Positions 6,639 through 13,666 of a stretch of 32,000 bases of DNA are shown here, piece after piece. This DNA comes from Terriglobales bacterium. Its GTDB lineage: Bacteria > Acidobacteriota > Terriglobia > Terriglobales > Acidobacteriaceae. The stretch lies in assembly GCA_050746185.1 (NCBI GenBank), contig JBOGLA010000005.1, positions 111,210 through 143,209 on the forward strand, read 5' to 3'. Each line of letters begins with the position of its first letter. The first letter of the stretch is position 1. A program made the translations under genes and the position numbers. The notes below the pieces were generated by a model that did no database searches, was not told the origin of the DNA, and saw only the letters and a list, made by a program, of their open reading frames with translations.

Positions 6639-8972
6639 TCACGTCGGCACCTTCAAGATCAGATATCCGCCTAGCAGCGCAAAAATCAGATCCGGAGACC
6701 AGGCTGCCAGCGCGGGCGGCAGTTGGCTGATGTTTCCCATGGCTTCAAACATGTCGGAGGTGACCGAATACACCACCGCGATGCCAACGGCAGCGGCAAC
6801 TCCCGTGACAGCGCCGCGTTTCCCGCCGGACAGCGAAAATGGTACCGCCAGCACCGCCATCACCAGAGCAATGATCGGAAATGCGAATTTCTTTTGCAGT
6901 TGCACTCTGAGGCGAACGACGTCGAATCCGCTTTGCTGCAAATCGTGAATGTATCGCCGTAACTGCTCGTAACTCATCTCGGAGGATTGCCTGACCTCCT
7001 TTTGAAAATATGAGGGCGGCTCGCTGATCGCGGCAAATGTGGACACGTCAAACGTTCGATATTTTTCGATTGCGGACCCGCTGAAAGCTCGTTCCCAGCC
7101 TTGCGTGCAGACCCAGCGTTGCAAGCTTTCGTCCCAATGGGCGCGCTCCGCGTAAATGCGATCGGTAAGTTGAAAGCTCTTGGGATCAAACTGGAAGACT
7201 GACAGGCTGCCGAACTGAGCCCGTTCCGGATCAAAGAGCTGATAGTAATAAATTGTGGAGTGCGTCCCGAATATCCATTTGCGGTCGGGATTCAAATATG
7301 TCTGCGCCGGCTTCCCTTTAATGCGGTTTCGCAGCGCGTCCTGCCGCTTGTTGGCTCGCGGCAAATACAATTGGTCAAAGAAAAAAAGGCCGCCCGCAAT
7401 CAAGGTTGAAGCGATCAACAGCGGGACAATAATGCGATAGATGCTGACGCCCGTGGCCTTCATAGCAGTGATCTCGTTCGAGCGCTGCATCCATCCCAGC
7501 GTGATTAGAACGGCCAGCAGAATGCCGTAGTGCGCGGTGCTGTAGAGAAAATAGGGTGTCACGTTCCACAAATATTCCACCACTATGACCGGCGAAACCT
7601 GGTTACGCAGAATGTCTCCAAGCAACTCGAACAAGGTGAACACCAGAAGCAGCATGACAAGAGCGGAGAGCACCAGAGCGAGGTTGACAAAGAAATCCCG
7701 GAGAACGTAGTCATCCAGAATCATCGGAAACTGAGCGCTGAACAGACGGCGGCGTGACGCCGCTCGCTTGAAGACATCTCCATTGGTTCCGCCAGAGCGC
7801 ACACTTTTCCTTCTCTCCTCGAAGTCCCTTTTAAATGGATTGCGAAGTCGCAGTGACCCAATCTCAAAGGGGCGGTGTTCCACCCTCCAGAGCAGAAATG
7901 CACCGAACACCAGCGATACGATGTCCGCCAACCACGCCCCAATGCCGGGCGAGACTTTGCCCTGCCGAGCCAGGGAAACTCCCAACAACGACACAAAGTA
8001 ATAAGCGAATACCAGCAGGATGGTGAGAACGAATCCGCTGGATTTCCCGCCTTTTTTTGACGACAGTCCCAAGGGAATTCCGACCAGCCCGAGGACTATG
8101 CAGGCTGTGGGCAACGCAAATCGGCGATACAGTTCAATGTAGTACCAACGCGAGAGCACGGGATTTCGCGTGGTCTTCGCTTCGGCCAGCAACTTACGCG
8201 TGGACATTTGCGCCAGCGGCGCCGGTTCCTGCTCCTTGACGTTTCCTTGCCGCGGCACTTCAATCGGCCAATCGGTTTGCTGAAATGTCGAGACCTGATA
8301 ATGATTGGGCGACGCAGGGTCCATTTCGTGCATGGATCCGTTGACTAAGTGAAGATGCAAGGTATGCGGGCCTTCGCTGACCAGAATGCCCTGCTGCGCC
8401 AAAGTAATCCTCGGGGCGGCAGGCGTACTGACGTCTGCAATAAATACTCCCTTCCAAATTGCCGCTCCTCTGGCTTCTTTTACATCCTGTACGTAAAGGA
8501 CCAGCTTTGGAAACCCCTCATAGAAGACGCGTGGCTGCACTTCGAATGAAACTTGCGACCCTTTCAGGCTTTCCTGTAAACCGCTCAGAGCGGCCTGAGA
8601 GCGGGGCACAAGGTAGGTTCCGTTGAATAACGCAAGACCCCATGCAACGGCGACGAAAATGGAAACGATCGAAAGGAACGACCAGACTCCAATGCCGCCG
8701 GCGCGCATTGCGGTAATCTCGCTGTCTGCCGCGAGGCGGCTCAGTCCGATGAGAATGCCCACCAGAACAGCCATTGGAATGGTGTAGGTCAGGGTCGAAG
8801 GCAGGCTAAAGAAGAAGACCTTGGCCACCGCGGGCAGGGGCGCACTGTGGCGAATGATCAACTCAAGAATATGTCCCAGGTCTCTGGTAAACAGAACGAA
8901 TGTAAACACGGCGAGCCCGATCAGGGCATGCGAGGTGACTTCGCGCAGAATGTAGCGAGTGATAATCCGCAT
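6639..8972 (-). CDS. fused LptF/LptG-family (YjgP/YjgQ) LPS export permease, two modules in one polypeptide
   Basis: 777 aa with an ATG start. The N-terminal module starts MRIITRYILREVTSHALIGLAVFTFVLF. The second module starts about aa 415 with FPMILDDYVLRDFFVNLALVLSALVMLLLVFTLFELL. Each module has the family pattern of 3 TM helices, a large periplasmic beta domain, then 3 TM helices. They are joined by a basic linker (RNPFKRDFEERRKSVRSGG..RRRLF). Confidence 0.8.
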   Translation of the reverse strand: MRIITRYILREVTSHALIGLAVFTFVLFTRDLGHILELIIRHSAPLPAVAKVFFFSLPSTLTYTIPMAVLVGILIGLSRLAADSEITAMRAGGIGVWSFLSIVSIFVAVAWGLALFNGTYLVPRSQAALSGLQESLKGSQVSFEVQPRVFYEGFPKLVLYVQDVKEARGAAIWKGVFIADVSTPAAPRITLAQQGILVSEGPHTLHLHLVNGSMHEMDPASPNHYQVSTFQQTDWPIEVPRQGNVKEQEPAPLAQMSTRKLLAEAKTTRNPVLSRWYYIELYRRFALPTACIVLGLVGIPLGLSSKKGGKSSGFVLTILLVFAYYFVSLLGVSLARQGKVSPGIGAWLADIVSLVFGAFLLWRVEHRPFEIGSLRLRNPFKRDFEERRKSVRSGGTNGDVFKRAASRRRLFSAQFPMILDDYVLRDFFVNLALVLSALVMLLLVFTLFELLGDILRNQVSPVIVVEYLWNVTPYFLYSTAHYGILLAVLITLGWMQRSNEITAMKATGVSIYRIIVPLLIASTLIAGGLFFFDQLYLPRANKRQDALRNRIKGKPAQTYLNPDRKWIFGTHSTIYYYQLFDPERAQFGSLSVFQFDPKSFQLTDRIYAERAHWDESLQRWVCTQGWERAFSGSAIEKYRTFDVSTFAAISEPPSYFQKEVRQSSEMSYEQLRRYIHDLQQSGFDVVRLRVQLQKKFAFPIIALVMAVLAVPFSLSGGKRGAVTGVAAAVGIAVVYSVTSDMFEAMGNISQLPPALAAWSPDLIFALLGGYLILKVPT

Positions 8973-9310
8973 CGGGGACGGCCAGGAGGGAGTCTAGCAG
9001 CTTTCGGCTAGCCCCTAGAAGCCGGGGACCGGCATCCCACCGCTTCCGCCAAATCGCCGCCAGAGTCCCAGAGCTGCCACTGGTCTTATTACCTCCGTAA
9101 TGTGTAACTCTGCGGGATTACCCAGTAGGCTGGAGTGGCAATCCGAAATTCCGGGAGCCGCGTATCTTCACCGCCGAGACAAACAAGGGGACCCGCACCG
9201 CATCCGCGCGTGCGTTTATACATAGCCTTAATATCCTCATTAAGTATGTACGGCTCTACGGGTTCGATCACAAGCGCACGGCCACCCAGTTCGAAATCAC
9301 GTGGAACGAA

Positions 9311-11953
9311 TTGCAACAGGGCCTTCCCAAAGATCCCGACGGGAACTTTCTGCTTGGGGTCTCTGACAACCGCCTTCTGCTTGACGGCATTGCCCTTGAG
9401 ACCGGACAAGCCGAACAAAGTTTTGCGAAGTTACTGACCACTGCCGGACTGGCAAGCATCCACTTCTCAAATCAGGTCACCGTTGATGACTTTGCGCATC
9501 TCGTGAAGGCTTTCTCCACCGCCGGCTCTAAAGCTCAGGATGTTACGAAGCAGATCAAAGATACGTTTGGAACCAATAAACACGCGAGCATACGGATCAA
9601 CGAAGTTAAGTTTGTGGCTGCCGATCCTGCGACCGGGGACGTGAATATTGCCGCGCAAATTGCCGCACAGTCTCTCGGTCCCGAATTCAAGCAATGGTTG
9701 AATGATCCGCAAAAACTCATGCAGCTGATCGCCGCCGCTGAAGGCGCTCACAACGTTGGCGGCGCAGGGTCCGGGGCAGCGGGCGGGACAGGGGACGGGA
9801 CAGGGACTGGTACCGGCACCGGCGGCGGGGGGGGCGGCACCGGGCCCAATTTGCCTCCGGGGAGTTTTCCAAATGCGCCAGCCGCGGGGAACGCTGCTGG
9901 TGGAACAGGGCCTGCGGCCGCTGGAGGGGGCAACTGGAGCGGCGGAGTAGTTCCGTTGCAGGAGGAAGAAGTCATCCAGGCTATACGCTTACTCACCAGA
10001 TTCGGCGAGGTGGGCAGCGATCCCTCCGCTAAGACCGAAGTCCTCGAGGGCGAGATCAGCAGGACCGACGCCAACACAAAAGTCAATCTGCAACACTTGC
10101 TGCAAAGCCTGGCGTCCACCGTTCCGTCGCAACAGAACGATACTCCGCTGCTTATGAGAGCGGCCGAGCATATGGCCATTCGCTTCGCCCTGGAACGGTT
10201 TCAGAAGGGCGACGTAAAGGTCAACGCCGTTCACCAGATGTTGGAGCATATGAGCAGGCAAATGGACAGCCTGCGTCAAATCCTGCGCCTGCAAGAAGAC
10301 AAGATGAGCAAGGCGGGCATTCTGGTGGAATCGCATGCCGACATTCTTGATCGCATGTTCTGGGCCGAGGTTCCCGACGCCGGCAAAAAGAGCGTCCTGC
10401 TGTCGGATGAAGCCCCTTGCGTTCCTGCCCGTAACATTCGGCAATTCGTGGAGCTTCTGCTCGACCGTGATGAGCGAGACACAGCCTCGGATATTCTGCG
10501 AAATTATGCATCCTGCCTGAACGCAAAAGACCCTGAGCCGCGTCGCAAAATCGCGACCGGACTGGGCCAACTGGCCGATCTTTACGCCAGTTCCGACGAA
10601 AAGCTTCTGGGGTCCACAGTCCGCAATCTGGGCGACGCCCTGGTCAAAGAACCCGATTCTGAGCTGCAAAGTTTAATCAGCGCCGCGTTCGTACGCATGA
10701 GTTCGGAAGCAAGCGCCCAGAAGCGCTATGTCGCGTTAAATGAAGTCTGCGATGCGATGGACGCGGTTGCAAAACAGCGTCCGGTTCTCGCGGAAGATCT
10801 TCGACCTCGCATCGGCATTGAGAATCGTCTGCCGGAATTTCTTGAAGAAGCGTTGCGGCTGCCGCAAGTACCGCCGGAGTTGATCATGGTACTGCGCCGC
10901 ACATCGCAGGCGGCCATCGAGCATCTCGCCGACAGGTTTTTCCGCTGCATGCGGCGCGACGAATGCGATCGCATGGTCGAGGTGGTAAAGGATCTGGGGC
11001 CGCCCGGGATGGCGCATCTGCGGGAAATGCTGCGCATGGGCGCGCCCCGCCAGGCGTCGTCCGTTATCGGCCTGTTAAGCCGGCTCGACGTACCCACCCT
11101 GCTGGAATTGCTGCCGACACGCTTGCCCGAGTGGAACCGCTTCTATCACGATTTGGTCGTCCGCCAAATTGCCTACGGGGCCGCTCCCGATCGTGGCCGC
11201 TCGCTTCTGGAACTGCTCGAGATTCTTGATCCCCTGGTATTGCCACAGGCTCTGGATGAAATTGGAATGAGTGGCGATCGCTCCGCAGTTCCGCCACTGA
11301 TTGTGATGGCGGAATCCGGAGAAACCGAAGGCCGCTCGCCCCTGCTGCAATTGAAAGCCGTGGAGTCTCTCGGGCGACTGCGTGAAGGGGATTCGATCAC
11401 CGTTTTGCGCAACCTCCTGGAAGCCAAAAAAATGTGGAAGTGGATTCATCCGCGCGAGTTGAGGATCGCGGCGGCACAGGCATTGACCAAGATTGACCCG
11501 ACGTACAGCAGTAAAATCATGTCGGAAAGCGGGCTGGAACCTTCGGAACTAGCGGTCGCCGCCCTCGATGCCGCTCCGGCCTGCCCGTGGGTGCGACAGC
11601 GCCGCTATGAGCGCATTGCCCTGAGAAAGCCGATCTCCGCTATCATCAGCAGTTCCTGGGGGAAGTCCAGCATTTCAGTTCACGAACTCAGCCTGGGCGG
11701 GGGCATGGGCACAAAACAGGATAATCTTCGCGTCGGCTCCGAAGCTACCCTCGACATGAAAGTCGGCCTGAGCCATATTCGGGCAGAAGTGTTGCTGCGC
11801 CGCGCCCGAGTCAATGAAGTAGGCTTCGAAATCGTAAATACCGATTTAGAGAGCCGTTATCGCCTGCGTCGCATTCTGGTGGAAACGGTGGGCAATACTC
11901 GCGAAGAGAAGGAAGAGAAAAAAGAGGAGTGGAGCGAAATCCGAAAAGGCTGA
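9311..11953 (+). CDS. large hypothetical multidomain protein (Gly/Thr-rich linker, HEAT-like repeats, C-terminal PilZ-like domain)
   Basis: 880-aa ORF from the first canonical start (TTG at 9311). The same frame is open back to 9101. It has a low-complexity linker at aa 149-212. The helical repeat region (aa ~560-740) includes AVPPLIVMAES...LLQLKAVESLGRLREGDSITVLRNLLE. The C-terminus carries RRYER, then 23 aa, then ELSLGG, resembling the PilZ RxxxR...(D/N)xSxxG motif. Confidence 0.75.
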   Translation: MQQGLPKDPDGNFLLGVSDNRLLLDGIALETGQAEQSFAKLLTTAGLASIHFSNQVTVDDFAHLVKAFSTAGSKAQDVTKQIKDTFGTNKHASIRINEVKFVAADPATGDVNIAAQIAAQSLGPEFKQWLNDPQKLMQLIAAAEGAHNVGGAGSGAAGGTGDGTGTGTGTGGGGGGTGPNLPPGSFPNAPAAGNAAGGTGPAAAGGGNWSGGVVPLQEEEVIQAIRLLTRFGEVGSDPSAKTEVLEGEISRTDANTKVNLQHLLQSLASTVPSQQNDTPLLMRAAEHMAIRFALERFQKGDVKVNAVHQMLEHMSRQMDSLRQILRLQEDKMSKAGILVESHADILDRMFWAEVPDAGKKSVLLSDEAPCVPARNIRQFVELLLDRDERDTASDILRNYASCLNAKDPEPRRKIATGLGQLADLYASSDEKLLGSTVRNLGDALVKEPDSELQSLISAAFVRMSSEASAQKRYVALNEVCDAMDAVAKQRPVLAEDLRPRIGIENRLPEFLEEALRLPQVPPELIMVLRRTSQAAIEHLADRFFRCMRRDECDRMVEVVKDLGPPGMAHLREMLRMGAPRQASSVIGLLSRLDVPTLLELLPTRLPEWNRFYHDLVVRQIAYGAAPDRGRSLLELLEILDPLVLPQALDEIGMSGDRSAVPPLIVMAESGETEGRSPLLQLKAVESLGRLREGDSITVLRNLLEAKKMWKWIHPRELRIAAAQALTKIDPTYSSKIMSESGLEPSELAVAALDAAPACPWVRQRRYERIALRKPISAIISSSWGKSSISVHELSLGGGMGTKQDNLRVGSEATLDMKVGLSHIRAEVLLRRARVNEVGFEIVNTDLESRYRLRRILVETVGNTREEKEEKKEEWSEIRKG
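9755..9946 (+). repeat. coding low-complexity Gly/Thr/Ala/Pro tract with (GGN-ACN)n repeats and a G8 homopolymer
   Basis: The DNA gggaca ggggac gggaca gggact ggtacc ggcacc ggc ggc ggg ggg ggc encodes GGTGDGTGTGTGTGGGGGGTG. There is a run of 8 G at 9827-9834. Confidence 0.8.
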
Positions 11954-11980
11954 TTCGATTTCTAAGGTTCCAGCAAAAAG

Positions 11981-12004
11981 AAGCCTCTACCAGCGTAGAG
12001 GCTT
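11981..12004. terminator. bidirectional intrinsic terminator between the convergent 880-aa gene and atpE
   Basis: Perfect 10-bp stem AAGCCTCTAC-cagc-GTAGAGGCTT. On the minus strand it is followed by CTTTTTG (serving atpE). On the plus strand it is followed by TCTCGTTT. Confidence 0.7.
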
Positions 12005-12026
12005 TCTCGTTTCCGAAACTCGCCGG

Positions 12027-12332
12027 CTATTTTACCTTTACGATGATGATCGCCAGCGTGTAGAGCGCCAAAGACTCGATTAGCGCCAGGCCAAGTATCA
12101 GCGCAAAAGAAATTCCGGGGCGTGCGGCCGGATTTCTGGCTAATGCTTCCGTCGCCGCGGCCGTGGCTCTTCCCTGCCCAATGCCGCAGCCCGCCGATGC
12201 TATCGCCATGGAAAACCCGGCGCTTAGCGCTACCCAGTTCACCGGATTTGAAGTTCCTCCGCCCTGCGCGAATGCAGGGACGGCAAAACACATTACCGCT
12301 AACGCCATAAACACATAACTCATCACACGCAT
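12027..12332 (-). CDS. atpE: F0F1 ATP synthase subunit c with a signal-peptide-like N-terminal extension
   Basis: Two-helix hairpin GCGIGQGRATAAATEALARNPAARPGISFALILGLALIESLALYTLAIIIV, with the conserved RNP loop and the ion-binding Glu. I prefer the ATG at 12332 (MRVMSYVF...), which sits 9 nt after AGGAGG, over the listed start at 12386. Confidence 0.9.
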   Translation of the reverse strand: MRVMSYVFMALAVMCFAVPAFAQGGGTSNPVNWVALSAGFSMAIASAGCGIGQGRATAAATEALARNPAARPGISFALILGLALIESLALYTLAIIIVKVK

Positions 12333-12405
12333 TGTTTTTTTCCTCCTATGAAATACCGCCAGTGGGTGGTTGACGTTACCGAACAAACGCCCTCACTCTG
12401 TACGG

Positions 12406-13176
12406 TTAGAAATCACCATGTTCTACCGACACGGCGCCCGCCAAATATACCGTCGTCAAAAGTACAAAAATATATGTCTGGAGCAACGCAACAAAAATAT
12501 GTAATCCCAAAAATATGATGGGGACTCCAATCGCGATCATGGAAAAGAAAGCCATGATTACCAGCTCTCCCGCGAACATGTTGGCCCAAAGCCGGATGGT
12601 CAGCGAAAGCACACGGGCGAGGTGGCTAATAATTTCAATGGGCAACATGAGAACCGCCAGCGGGATCCGAATTGCCAAGGGAATACTCGAATCCGACGGA
12701 CCCAGAAAATGGGCTGCGTAGTGGGCCAGCCCCTGCTTGCGAACGCCCTCCGCATGGTAATAAAGGAATGCGAGAACCGCGCAGCCGAACGGCACCTCGG
12801 CAGAGGCGGTTGGCGATTCAAATCCCGGAATCAGCCCGATCAAGTTAGAAATCAGTATGAAGAGCAGCAAAGCGATGAGAAACGGCGTGAATCTTTCACT
12901 ATGATGCCCAATAATTTCCTCGCTCTGCTGGTTCACAAAACCATGAAGCAATTCGAACGTGTGCTGCAATCCTCCTGGGCTTTCTACAGAGAGCCGAGTT
13001 CGCAGTAAAACAAATAGCAACAACAGAAACAGAAAAACCAACAATTCCATCGAGAAAGCGTTGGTAATCGGAGCTTGCGGATACTTCGGCTCAATATGCA
13101 ATGCGCGCAACAGTGCGTCCGCCGGGCCGGCGAAGAAGCGATTCAGGATTGCTGTAAACCAAAGCTGTTCTGGCAT
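12406..13176 (-). CDS. atpB: F0F1 ATP synthase subunit a
   Basis: 256 aa with an ATG start and five or more TM segments. It has the conserved motif LSLTIRLWANMFAGE (essential Arg) and YIFVLLTTVYLAGA near the C-terminus. It lies directly upstream of atpE. Confidence 0.9.
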   Translation of the reverse strand: MPEQLWFTAILNRFFAGPADALLRALHIEPKYPQAPITNAFSMELLVFLFLLLLFVLLRTRLSVESPGGLQHTFELLHGFVNQQSEEIIGHHSERFTPFLIALLLFILISNLIGLIPGFESPTASAEVPFGCAVLAFLYYHAEGVRKQGLAHYAAHFLGPSDSSIPLAIRIPLAVLMLPIEIISHLARVLSLTIRLWANMFAGELVIMAFFSMIAIGVPIIFLGLHIFVALLQTYIFVLLTTVYLAGAVSVEHGDF

Positions 13177-13240
13177 AAAGAGCGGCTGCTAGCTTCTAGC
13201 TGTCAGCTCCTGGCTTGAACCTCAAAATCAACCGTGCAAA

Positions 13241-13666
13241 TTAGATTCCGCGCGCTAACGCCATGTACAACTCGTACGTTGCTTCGCACAAAATCGCCGC
13301 TACGGGGAGGAACAACCCCACAAGAAACCCGTGAAGACTTGCTGGATAACTGGTTAATATAACATAGGCGGCGCAGGCAACCGCGAGATAGCGGAGCACG
13401 AAACGCACGATGATTCCCTTTCCCGACTGCCGATTTCCGGACTGGACGGTCCGCTCGACAACGCCTTCCACCACCCGTTTCAGTAAATAAAAATTCGCGT
13501 AAGCGACGGCGCTGCCGGAAGCAAAGCCCGCTGCAACTCGCCAACCCAAAGTCAGCCAGGTTGCGAAGCTCAATCCCACGCCAATGAGTATCATGCCCCG
13601 CTGAATTCGGCTAAGCGCCCCAGCATGAAACGATTCGATGGAGCGACGGGCGTCTTCGCCCGTCAA
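13241..13666 (-). CDS. ATP synthase protein I-like small membrane protein (AtpI family)
   Basis: Small hydrophobic protein with 3-4 TM segments, immediately upstream of atpB. It carries a YANFYLLKR..-type motif like AtpI. The listed TTG at 13666 lies inside a REP-like hairpin and overlaps the dinB stop. An internal ATG at 13594 (MILIGVGLSF.., 117 aa) is an equally plausible start. Confidence 0.65.
   Translation of the reverse strand: MTGEDARRSIESFHAGALSRIQRGMILIGVGLSFATWLTLGWRVAAGFASGSAVAYANFYLLKRVVEGVVERTVQSGNRQSGKGIIVRFVLRYLAVACAAYVILTSYPASLHGFLVGLFLPVAAILCEATYELYMALARGI
13635..13664 (-). repeat. GC-rich REP-like hairpin element, copy B
   Basis: The minus strand reads GACGGGCGAAGACGCCCGTCGCTCCATCGA, 26/30 identical to 4108-4137. 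It has a perfect 8-bp stem with a 4-nt loop (13645-13664). It begins at the dinB stop codon. Confidence 0.7.

Noticed and set aside
6201-6642. Small ORFs in the nth/lptFG spacer (6201-6389, 6287-6484, 6409-6642, 6539-6730)
   Set aside because: Their sequences are simply translations of the REP hairpins (PPLRFLQRWV, GAPGSR.., ANLGH..). I treat them as repeat-derived, not as genes.
9089-9437. ORFs 9089-9418 (-) and 9135-9437 (+) in the region upstream of the 880-aa gene
   Set aside because: Both overlap the open, protein-like frame that continues the 880-aa gene upstream. Their translations are low-complexity shadow sequence.
12027-13666. The atpI-like/atpB/atpE cluster considered as part of an N-type (Na+-translocating) ATPase operon
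   Set aside because: N-ATPase operons have the order atpD-C-Q-R-B-E-F-A-G, and their c subunits typically carry two membrane carboxylates. Here there are no atpQ/R or F1 genes and only one Glu. This fits a split F-type operon better.
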